Shown: one piece after another, positions 31,573-40,237 of the stretch
How positions within the stretch are numbered: the stretch's first letter is position 1
How the letters are laid out: each line of letters begins with the position of its first letter
DNA from: an uncultured Desulfatitalea sp.
GTDB lineage: Bacteria > Desulfobacterota > Desulfobacteria > Desulfobacterales > Desulfosarcinaceae
Reading direction: 5' to 3'
DNA length: 64,000 bases
Assembly (NCBI GenBank): GCA_963668675.2
Contig: CAXXMB010000002.1
Span: 96,001-160,000, forward strand
The notes under the pieces: model-generated
Databases searched by the model: none
What the model was told of the DNA's origin: nothing
What the model saw: the letters and a program-made list of their open reading frames with translations, nothing else
Program-made: the position numbers and the translations under genes

Positions 31573-32694
31573 TTAACGATTGTTAATTTCGGCAAGGGGC
31601 AGTGGTCTGCCGTAGAAGAATCCCTGGGCCAGATCGAAACCCAGCTCTTGGCACTTCTCAGCTTCATCGAGGCACTCGATCCCTTCGGCAAGCGCCGCAA
31701 TCCCAAGATCCTTGGTGGCTTTGACAAAGGTTGAAACCATCTGATGCAAACGTTTAGGGGCGAGATGGATTCCCCTGATCAGGGAGATATCGAACTTAAG
31801 ATAGTCCGGCGGCACCTTCGCCAGTTCGACCAAACGGGTCTGGCCAACACCAAAGTCATCGAAAGCCAATGCGATGTTCAGATCCACGAGCGCACTGCGC
31901 AGCCGGGACATCTCATTCGTGTCGCTGGCCGCCTTCTCATTGATCTCCAGGACGATGGCGTTGGGTGATGCCATCTCATGGATCTTCTCCATCGACGCCA
32001 GGAGCACATTCATCTGGTAAATTTCCAATGGCGTGGTATTGACAAACAGCTGAGGCGACCCCGGCAGGCCTCGCCCCACATCCACCCCTGCCTCGCGAAA
32101 GAGGGCGCTCAGGTCGGAAGAACAGCCCAACCACTCCGCCACATCCAACAGGTCGGCCGGATTGGCGGGCAGATCTCCGTCGGCGACCCGCCCCAGCACC
32201 TCATATCCCATCACAGACATGTCTGAAAATTTCAGGATCGGCTGGAAATGGGGAATGACGTTGCGCTCACGAATCAGTGCATGCAGTTTGGGTTCCAGCA
32301 AGGCCAGATTTTGAAATTGATCGGTGATATCCATGGCGCACGTCTCTTCGGCCATGGTGGCAGCAGCTTTAATTTTTTTAACGCAGAATTCGAACTTCCC
32401 AATGGAGAGGATGTCACCCGATTCGAGCAGCTCCGCTTGCTTCACCTTCTTGTGGTTGACAAATGTGCCGTTGGTGCTACCGAGATCTCGAATCCAAATA
32501 TGATCACCGCTTTTCCTTATCTCGGAGTGATGCCTGGAGATCCATTTGTCGATCAACTTAAGGTTGCAGTCCTCCTCACGGCCGATGATGAATGGCACAG
32601 ACTCGATGGTCACCGTCCACTCTCCGCTCGCCTTGCTAACAGCTTCCAGACTCCATCTAATCTGCGGCTCTACCGCATTGCCGATCAATGTCAT
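31573..32694 (-). CDS. FHA + EAL domain protein (putative c-di-GMP phosphodiesterase)
   Basis: FHA motifs IIGR, ISRHH and GSTNGTFVN. EAL motifs FQPI, GYEVLGR, LEINE, DDFGVG, KFD, AEGIE and QGFFY. Confidence 0.92.
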   Translation of the reverse strand: MTLIGNAVEPQIRWSLEAVSKASGEWTVTIESVPFIIGREEDCNLKLIDKWISRHHSEIRKSGDHIWIRDLGSTNGTFVNHKKVKQAELLESGDILSIGKFEFCVKKIKAAATMAEETCAMDITDQFQNLALLEPKLHALIRERNVIPHFQPILKFSDMSVMGYEVLGRVADGDLPANPADLLDVAEWLGCSSDLSALFREAGVDVGRGLPGSPQLFVNTTPLEIYQMNVLLASMEKIHEMASPNAIVLEINEKAASDTNEMSRLRSALVDLNIALAFDDFGVGQTRLVELAKVPPDYLKFDISLIRGIHLAPKRLHQMVSTFVKATKDLGIAALAEGIECLDEAEKCQELGFDLAQGFFYGRPLPLAEINNR

Positions 32695-32828
32695 GCACAG
32701 ATCCTCATACCACTCACATTATACTAACAGGAAATCGTCCGCAACCGGATGTGCTTTTACAGCGTAATCATAAATAATACCACATTTATGGCCATTCTGG
32801 AATTCCAACTTTTTTGAAGCCTCCGATC

Positions 32829-35783
32829 TCATCCGTCCAGCACCTCACGAATTTTCAAGGCCAGATCTCGTTGGTTAAATGGTTTCTGGATAAAGTGAAT
32901 CCCCGGGTCCAACACACCGCTTTGGGCGATCACATCGGCGGTGTAACCCGACATGTAGAGGCACCTGATACTCGGGTAGAGGGACTGAAGCTTGTCCGTC
33001 AGCGCTCGTCCGTCCATCCCAGGCATTATCACATCGGTAATTAAAAGGGAAATTTCCCCATCATGCGCCTTCGCCAGCCTGAGCGCTTCGGCGGGATGAT
33101 CGGCCAATACCACAGTATAGCCGAGCCGCTTGAGAATGATTTCAGCCAAATGCAAAATCGAGCTTTCATCCTCGACCACCAATACCGTCTCCCCTTTGGC
33201 CCTGGGAGCCTCTGCCACATCCTCTTTTTGGTCCTCAACGATCCGGCCCCGGTAGCGCGGCAGATAGATTCTCAAGGTGGTGCCTTTTCCCAATTCACTG
33301 TATACATAGATAAACCCATTGTTTTGTTTTACAATACCAAAGACGGTGGACAACCCCAAGCCCGTCCCTTTGCCCACCTCCTTGGTCGTAAAAAACGGCT
33401 CGAAAATCATGTCCTGGGTATCTTTGTCCATGCCGGCGCCATCATCGCTCACGGCCAGGATCACATAATCTCCCGGGACAACCTCTCGATGATGGGCGCG
33501 GTAAGCCTCATCAATACAATTTTTATCCGTTTCGATGGAGATGGTCCCCACATTTGAGATCGCATCACGGGCGTTAAGGCATAGGTTGGCCAATACCTGG
33601 TTGATCTGGGATGGATCCATTTTGACCGGCCATACGTCTTCTCCGGGCCGCCAGACCAGCTTGATGTTCTCGCCGATCAGCCTCTGGATCATATTCAGCA
33701 TGCTCTCCACCGTCGCATTGAGATCCAGCACCTCTGGCGTGATCACCTCCTTGCGGGCAAAAGCGAGCAATTGGCGTGTCACATCCCGGGAACGATAAGC
33801 CGCCTTTAGCACCTCCTGGAGATTGTGATAGATCCGATCTGTTTGATCGACGTCCGCCAGGGACAACTCCGTATAGCCAATAATCACGCCGAGAATGTTG
33901 TTGTAATCATGGGCCACACCACCGGCCAATCGTCCTACGGATTCGATTTTCTGGGCCTGGTGAAGCTGCTCCTGCAACTCCCGTTGATCCTTTTCAGCGC
34001 GTTTTCTCTCGGTGATGTCCCGGGTGGCCCCCTGAAGGCCGGCCGGCTCCCCGTTTTCGTCATAGATAATCTTACCCCAAATCTCGACAGGAATCGGATC
34101 GCCAACTTTGTTCAGCATGACCGCTTCAAATACAACGCCGCTGCCCTTCTGGCCTTTGGCCATCTCTTCGCCAATGATCTGGGCCATCTTGGCAAAATTC
34201 TCCTCGTCACAATGTTTAGGCAACCGGCTGCCAATCCACTCCTCAGGTGTATAGCCGATGATGGTTTCAACCGCCGGGCTGATATAGGTGAACTCAAGTT
34301 CCAAATTCATGGTCCAGATGGCATCCAGGCTGTTGTCGGAAAGCAGCCGATATTTCTGTTCACTCTCTTCCAGGGCACCCTGATTCTCCCGTTCCTTCGT
34401 CTGATCCTTGAACACCAGCACAACGCCGATGGTCTCACCGCTTTTCCCCTTGATGGGAGCGCAACTATCGGCGATGGGAATCTCTCGCCCATCTTTTGCA
34501 ATCAACAGGGTGTGGTTAGCCAGACCAACGACCACGCCCTCCTTGAGAACCCGCAGTACCGGATCTGCAACCCTGTCCCGCTCCCCCTCGCTGACAATCT
34601 TAAAAACATCGGTGACGGGTCTGCCCGATGCCTCCTCAAAACGCCATCCCGTAAGGCGCTCCGCCACCTGATTCATCAACTCCACGCGGCCTTCCGAATC
34701 CGTGGCAATCACCGCATCGCCAATGGATTTGAGGGTGATGGCCTGACGTTCCAACACGTTGCTCAAGGCGGTTTCGGCCTGGTAGAGCTCTCGGTACCGG
34801 GCCTTCAGTAACCGTTGACGAAGAAAAATACCTATCACCACCACAAGCCCTGTGGTTACCAGCATCAACAACAGCAGCAGCATCGAGCGGGTGTGCCACT
34901 CGGCAAAGGCCTCGGCCCGATCAATTTTTGCGACCATGAACCAGGGGGAATCGGCAATAGGTATGATGGCCGACACGACCTCCACGCCCCGGTAGTCCCT
35001 GCCCATGACAACCCCCTCTTCACCTGATACCGCCTTGGCTGCAGGAAGATCGGCCCGGCTCAGTGGGATCCGAAGCGTTAACGCCGTATTTTTCCTATGA
35101 CGCAACTCATTTAAGAAGAGCACCTCCTCGCCGCTCTTCCGGACCAGAAGCGTCTCTGCTGTCCTGCTGGGTGTGGGCCACGATTGAATGAGCGGAAAGA
35201 GGTACTCGGTCGCATCGCAGACCATGATCAAAACGCCGATGGGGGTGTTGCCGTCATCTTTGGAGAAGAGTGGGACAACAAGAGAAAGATGGGACACAGG
35301 GTAGTCGGGTTCGACCACAATCGGTGTCCATACGGGCATCCGTTCGGCGATGGCCGTATGCATATAGGGAATGTATCCCTTATGCGTATTCATCACCCCT
35401 GGATGCAAACTCAGCCTCGGCCTCGTTTCCAGGTCGACCAGGAGGATATCGGCATAATGGTATCGCTCTTTTAGGGTACGAAGGCGTCTCAGGATTTCGG
35501 AGGCCTCACGCTCGTCGGAAGATAAAAGAAAGCGCTCTACAGAAGCGGAAAGATGCAATCGCTCCATCAGCACCGCTGCATCTGCAACTCTTTCCGACCG
35601 CCAATCGGCGATCTGCCTGGCCTTAAGCGTGCCGATGGACCGCAGATGCGCTTCTACCTCTTTCCGTTGGCGATCATACTGCCCCTTGAAGAACCAAATG
35701 CCGGCCAATAGAAAGCCAACGATCATCCCTGCGAGTATGACAATTTGCCATCGGGGATATACGACGTTTGATTCATTACCCAT
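32829..35783 (-). CDS. Hybrid sensor histidine kinase (periplasmic Cache-like domain, 2 PAS, HisKA, HATPase, REC)
   Basis: H-box GGVAHDYNNIL, NLCLNARDA, DDGAG, GTGLGL and receiver LITDVIMP. Start chosen at ATG 35783 (GGAG RBS, TM1 follows). Confidence 0.92.
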   Translation of the reverse strand: MGNESNVVYPRWQIVILAGMIVGFLLAGIWFFKGQYDRQRKEVEAHLRSIGTLKARQIADWRSERVADAAVLMERLHLSASVERFLLSSDEREASEILRRLRTLKERYHYADILLVDLETRPRLSLHPGVMNTHKGYIPYMHTAIAERMPVWTPIVVEPDYPVSHLSLVVPLFSKDDGNTPIGVLIMVCDATEYLFPLIQSWPTPSRTAETLLVRKSGEEVLFLNELRHRKNTALTLRIPLSRADLPAAKAVSGEEGVVMGRDYRGVEVVSAIIPIADSPWFMVAKIDRAEAFAEWHTRSMLLLLLMLVTTGLVVVIGIFLRQRLLKARYRELYQAETALSNVLERQAITLKSIGDAVIATDSEGRVELMNQVAERLTGWRFEEASGRPVTDVFKIVSEGERDRVADPVLRVLKEGVVVGLANHTLLIAKDGREIPIADSCAPIKGKSGETIGVVLVFKDQTKERENQGALEESEQKYRLLSDNSLDAIWTMNLELEFTYISPAVETIIGYTPEEWIGSRLPKHCDEENFAKMAQIIGEEMAKGQKGSGVVFEAVMLNKVGDPIPVEIWGKIIYDENGEPAGLQGATRDITERKRAEKDQRELQEQLHQAQKIESVGRLAGGVAHDYNNILGVIIGYTELSLADVDQTDRIYHNLQEVLKAAYRSRDVTRQLLAFARKEVITPEVLDLNATVESMLNMIQRLIGENIKLVWRPGEDVWPVKMDPSQINQVLANLCLNARDAISNVGTISIETDKNCIDEAYRAHHREVVPGDYVILAVSDDGAGMDKDTQDMIFEPFFTTKEVGKGTGLGLSTVFGIVKQNNGFIYVYSELGKGTTLRIYLPRYRGRIVEDQKEDVAEAPRAKGETVLVVEDESSILHLAEIILKRLGYTVVLADHPAEALRLAKAHDGEISLLITDVIMPGMDGRALTDKLQSLYPSIRCLYMSGYTADVIAQSGVLDPGIHFIQKPFNQRDLALKIREVLDG

Positions 35784-36088
35784 CGCCTGCTCCACCGCCA
35801 GAGAGATAAAAACAGATGCCCCTGGGGACAGATCGTAGCCCAAGAGTGTCTGCAAATACAAGGCCTTTGACTTATTGATGTTTGGAATACTTCCCAGATA
35901 ACCGAAACGTATCAGAGGAAACTGTGGCAACCCAATTGGAGGGGAGTGCACCTACCGACCTGATGCTGAAATATCCTTTCACTCTTCTTGAGTTACTCGC
36001 TTCGAGGAGGGAGGCAATGGGGAACGATCTGTTTTGCTATCGCAACAGAGCGTCCAAAAGATTCCAATCAACGATACCTATCCCACTC

Positions 36089-38101
36089 TTATTGCTCATA
36101 TTTGAATTTATCAACCAACATATTCAGTTCATTTGCCAAACCGTTCAAAGACTCAGCGCTTTGTTTCATCTGGTCGCTGTTGCCGCTGAGTTGATTGGAG
36201 AATTCATTGACCCCGGCAATCTCCCTGGCAATTTCACCGGAGACGATGCTGCTTTGGGCAACATTCTCGTTGACGTCCTGCATCCCTTGGGAGGCCTGGC
36301 CCACATTGCCGGCGATCTCCTTTGTCGTTGATGACTGTTCGTCCACTGCAGCGGCAATTCCGGATACAATTCCGTTGATGTTGTGGATCACTTCCGAAAT
36401 TTTATCGATCTGGTCAATCGTTTCGGATGTCGATCCTTGAATCCCTTCGATCTGGTTGCGGATCTCCTGGGTAGCGCCGGCGGTTTGCTTGGCAAGCTCC
36501 TTAATTTCATTAGCCACCACAGCAAAACCTTTTCCGACATCACCGGCCCGGGCGGCTTCGATGGTAGCGTTCAGCGCCAATAGATTGGTCTGGTCGGATA
36601 TGTCGGCTATGGTTTGGGTCACATTACCGATTGAATTTGCGGCTTCCCGCAGTTTTTCCATTCGTTTTGTCGTCTCAGAGGCCTGAGCGACGGCCTCTTT
36701 TGAAATCGTGCGTGCGTTTTCAGACTTCTTTGCGATCTCATTGATCGTCGTTGTCATCTCTTTCGCAGCAGAAGCCACCATGTTGACCTTCGAAGCGGAT
36801 TCACTACTGGAACCGGCGACCACATTCATATTGGCACTCATCTCCTCCGACGCGGAGGCGACGCTCGATGAAAGCCCGGACATGTGCGTTGCACCCTCCG
36901 AGAGCTTGCCGGAAAGGCCGGAAAGCGTATCCGAAGATTCCCCTAGCGCACCCGCAGTCGCGGCAATGTCTTTTACGACCCCCTGCAGCTTATCTAAAAA
37001 GATGTTGAACCATTTGGACAGCTGGCTCACTTCGTCACTACCGTTTACATCGAGTCTGATGGTCAGATCCCCTTCACCTTCGGCAATATCCTTCACGACA
37101 AGAAGTGTCTGGTTCAATGGTTTTATCACGCGCTGAATGATAAGGATGAGGATCGAAATCACCATCACAATACAGGCTGCACCACCGGCAATGACGATTT
37201 GCTTGATCGATGCCCCCATGGTGGTGCTGGATTTTTTCAGTTCCCCGACGGCAGTTTCAGCCGTCGCTCCGTTTTTCCCGATGATGCCGCTCACAGCAAC
37301 GCCAGCGCTTTCGTTCACCTTTTCCGCTTCTGTCTGAATCACCGCCAACGATAATGCCTGGTTGTTCTTCACCAATTGGGAAAACCGCCCCGCCATATCG
37401 TTGATCTTGTTTGCGGCCAGGGTTTTGTCGATGCAAATTTCGACGGATCCCAGCACATCGCCCTCAAACTGGATCGATTTATGAACGATCATGACACTGG
37501 TATCGTTTTTGGCGCCATTCAGGATCTTGGCATAGCGATTCTTTCCCTCTGCTTTCATATATGTCTTTATCTTATCGTTCGTCCGGTCAATATAGCGGGT
37601 CAGCAAATTGCCGTCTTTGCGAAAATAGAAAGCATAGATGACATTCGGGTTTTGCAGGGCCGCTTTGACAAAGCTGTTCAGCGACTGAAAATCCTTGCCG
37701 AGGATTGCATTTGGAGCGACGCGGGCCATTAAAAAAGCGATCGATTCCCCGCTTTCCTGCATCATAGACTCCCAGTTGCGTTCGATGCTGGATCGCTCCT
37801 CATCCAAAGCCTTTGTTGTCGCCCGACTGAGCGCCGCCCCGGATCTCTCGGCCATACTCTTCAAACGGGACCCGATATCTTCCTTGAGGCCTTCTAAATC
37901 TGTCCTGATCTCTGAGTTGGCCGAGAGAAGTGTTTTTTCGATTTCCTGGCGCATTCCCCCGTTCAGACGCTGCTGAACAGTCAACAGGGCCACCGACAGC
38001 CCTATGATCGCCACAACCAGCGTGGCCACAGTAGGAATCAACAGCTTGCCTCTGATGCCAAGATTCATTGTTTCCAGCTTCTGCTTCAATGGTCCAATCA
38101 T
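36089..38101 (-). CDS. Methyl-accepting chemotaxis protein
   Basis: TM1, periplasmic domain of about 260 aa, TM2, HAMP and signalling tip [35 protein letters not shown]. Alternative start at ATG 38068. Confidence 0.95.
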   Translation of the reverse strand: MIGPLKQKLETMNLGIRGKLLIPTVATLVVAIIGLSVALLTVQQRLNGGMRQEIEKTLLSANSEIRTDLEGLKEDIGSRLKSMAERSGAALSRATTKALDEERSSIERNWESMMQESGESIAFLMARVAPNAILGKDFQSLNSFVKAALQNPNVIYAFYFRKDGNLLTRYIDRTNDKIKTYMKAEGKNRYAKILNGAKNDTSVMIVHKSIQFEGDVLGSVEICIDKTLAANKINDMAGRFSQLVKNNQALSLAVIQTEAEKVNESAGVAVSGIIGKNGATAETAVGELKKSSTTMGASIKQIVIAGGAACIVMVISILILIIQRVIKPLNQTLLVVKDIAEGEGDLTIRLDVNGSDEVSQLSKWFNIFLDKLQGVVKDIAATAGALGESSDTLSGLSGKLSEGATHMSGLSSSVASASEEMSANMNVVAGSSSESASKVNMVASAAKEMTTTINEIAKKSENARTISKEAVAQASETTKRMEKLREAANSIGNVTQTIADISDQTNLLALNATIEAARAGDVGKGFAVVANEIKELAKQTAGATQEIRNQIEGIQGSTSETIDQIDKISEVIHNINGIVSGIAAAVDEQSSTTKEIAGNVGQASQGMQDVNENVAQSSIVSGEIAREIAGVNEFSNQLSGNSDQMKQSAESLNGLANELNMLVDKFKYEQ

Positions 38102-38152
38102 TGCTTTTCACTTTCAATTGCTTTTCCGGACAGAAAAGCCGCCAACATCACC

Positions 38153-39058
38153 CTATTGGGCATATGCACCGATTTTCAATTTTTCCTGGAGATTCTCAAC
38201 CGCCGTGTAATCGAGGGGTGCCGACCAGCCGACCACCTTTGCGTCCTTTGCGGCCCGGTCCTCCTGCTTGAGTTTCAAAAGTGCCGCCACCACCTTATCT
38301 GAAAGATCAACGGGCGTTGAGGCGATCCTCGCCAAAGGCCACTCCGGGTAAAGCGCCGTACTGCACGCAAATGGGAAGCCGGAATGCGCCTGCTTGTTGA
38401 TCACCTTAAAATCATCCATGAAAATGGAGCCATTGGCTGCCATCCGTTCAAGGGTGTCGGTCCTCACCGTACCGGCATCTACAGCACCATTCAATACGGC
38501 CAATACAACATTTTCATGTTTGCCGCCGAATTCCAGATTACTGAAGTCGGCATATGGATCGATGCCGGCATCCAGAATCTCTTTGTAGGCCATCTGCCAG
38601 CCACCGAAGGAGGATTTGGATACCGCCATGAACGTCTTGCCCTTCAACCCTTCCAGTGTATTGATCTCTTCGTTGTCCGCTGTCGAGATGATGACACCAC
38701 CGAAGGCCTTCAGCGGCTTTCCCTGCCGCGAGTTGATCATGGTCGCCACCGCAACTGCGCCATAGCGCACGTTGGCCTCGACGAACATGGACGAGTTGAC
38801 CAGAAAAAAGCTGACGGCACCCTTTTCGATGGCAGGGTTGACGTCCTTGAAGTCCAACGGCACGATTTCAAACTTCAGCCCCGGTATAGCGGCCGTCAGA
38901 AATTCTCCGGTGGCCTTCCATTGGGAAAGCGCCTTTGCAGGGCCGTTTTTGGCAAGAACCCCTATCTTGACCGTGTCCTGTGCAATTAAAGCGTTTGGGA
39001 TGCATAGAGCAGCCAGCAACAACACCATCATCAAAAAACCAAATACGTGACCCTTCAT
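38153..39058 (-). CDS. Stand-alone PhnD/phosphonate-binding-type periplasmic protein resembling the TtrS sensor domain
   Basis: Signal peptide; KIGVLAKNG, FEIVPLDF, LKGKTFMAVSKSSFGGW, DAGTVRTDTLERMA, STALYPEWPLA and GWSAPLDY motifs. No ABC permease or ATPase nearby. Confidence 0.85.
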   Translation of the reverse strand: MKGHVFGFLMMVLLLAALCIPNALIAQDTVKIGVLAKNGPAKALSQWKATGEFLTAAIPGLKFEIVPLDFKDVNPAIEKGAVSFFLVNSSMFVEANVRYGAVAVATMINSRQGKPLKAFGGVIISTADNEEINTLEGLKGKTFMAVSKSSFGGWQMAYKEILDAGIDPYADFSNLEFGGKHENVVLAVLNGAVDAGTVRTDTLERMAANGSIFMDDFKVINKQAHSGFPFACSTALYPEWPLARIASTPVDLSDKVVAALLKLKQEDRAAKDAKVVGWSAPLDYTAVENLQEKLKIGAYAQ

Positions 39059-39195
39059 GGATAAACCTCCATCGGTAATTGAGAAAAAACGGTTGCCTCT
39101 CTTAGATCAATCATTAACAAGCGCCTAACCAGTCAAATCCCCAAGGATCATCCTGGCACTGAGGCGTTGTAAGCACTATAATTGCCTCAGTTCGT

Positions 39196-39222
39196 TTATC
39201 GGCATACGGGACGTAGACTTAA
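39196..39222 (-). promoter_or_regulatory. Sigma28 (FliA) promoter
   Basis: Minus strand TTAAGTCT-N11-GCCGATAA versus consensus TAAAGTTT-N11-GCCGATAA: -10 box 8/8, -35 box 6/8, exact spacing. About 140 bp upstream of the binding-protein/MCP pair. Confidence 0.82.
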
Positions 39223-39341
39223 ATTATTTATAAACAGTCGTGATCCGCAAACAAACGGTCATCGCCGATTCGGGTCATCATCAGATCTATCAGCACCGGA
39301 ATGATTTTCAGATAATCCAAAAAAAGGAGAGGATGGACACA

Positions 39342-40133
39342 ATGGATTTAGGCATTGATGGAAAAGTGGCCTTGGTAGGAGCCTCTGCAGGGGGTCTTGG
39401 ATTGGCCGCCGCAAAGCGGTTGGCAATGGAAGGATGCCGCGTGGCCATCTGCGATAAAGACACTGCCCGGCTCAACCAAGCATTGGAGCAGGTGCTGTCT
39501 GCGGGACGAAACGGCCTGGCGAAAGCCTATCCGACCGATCTCACTAGCGTGGATTCGATTGAAGCGCTTGTGAAAAAAGTGAATGCCGATTTAGGCCCGG
39601 TAGATATCCTGGTTACCAATTCAGGCGGTCCGCCGCCGGGGACCTTCACAGACGCTACGGATGAAAAATGGCATTTGGGCTACGAATTGACGTTTCTCAG
39701 CGCCGTACGCTTGATCCGTCTGGTATTACCGGGCATGAAAGCCGCCAGATGGGGCCGAATCATCAATTTTGCCAGCCGGGCCATGAGAGAACCCATAGAC
39801 AACCTCATGATTTCCAACGGGATGCGGCTTGCTGTTGCCGGGATGGCCAAAACCCTGGCCGCAGAGGTAGCCGCCTTCGGCATCACGGTCAACAACATAG
39901 GTCCCGGCCCCACACTCACCGATCGTGCTGTTGAATTAGCGGCAGTCAGAGCCCAAAAGAAAGGCATCAGCGTCGAAGCCGAACTGGCAAATACAGCCGC
40001 AAGAATTCCCCGTGGCCGGCTGGCAGCCCCGGAGGAGCAAGCGGCAGCAGTAGCGTTTCTGGCCTCGGACCTCGCCGGGCACATCAATGGTGTTTCGCTG
40101 CTCATCGATGGAGGCGAAACAAGGTCACTTTAA
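39342..40133 (+). CDS. SDR family oxidoreductase (atypical; SNxxR replaces YxxxK)
   Basis: MDLGIDGKVALVGASAGGLG, VDILVTNSGGPPPG, GITVNNIGPG and LLIDGG motifs. Start at ATG 39342 (or 39333). Confidence 0.9.
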   Translation: MDLGIDGKVALVGASAGGLGLAAAKRLAMEGCRVAICDKDTARLNQALEQVLSAGRNGLAKAYPTDLTSVDSIEALVKKVNADLGPVDILVTNSGGPPPGTFTDATDEKWHLGYELTFLSAVRLIRLVLPGMKAARWGRIINFASRAMREPIDNLMISNGMRLAVAGMAKTLAAEVAAFGITVNNIGPGPTLTDRAVELAAVRAQKKGISVEAELANTAARIPRGRLAAPEEQAAAVAFLASDLAGHINGVSLLIDGGETRSL

Positions 40134-40159
40134 ATTCCTTACTGGAGAGGATCGAAACG

Positions 40160-40225
40160 ATGCGTCTCGAGGGAATATATCCGATTGTCCCAACACCGTT
40201 TCTGGATAGTGGCGATATCGACCTT
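40160..40225 (+). pseudogene. N-terminal remnant of a DapA/dihydrodipicolinate-synthase family aldolase
   Basis: RBS GGAGAGG, then MRLEGIYPIVPTPFLDSGDIDL, matching the GxxxxxxTPFxxxGxID family N-terminus. Similarity ends 12 bp before the stop codon of the convergent RND gene. Confidence 0.75.
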
Positions 40226-40237
40226 TTTCTCTTCTTG

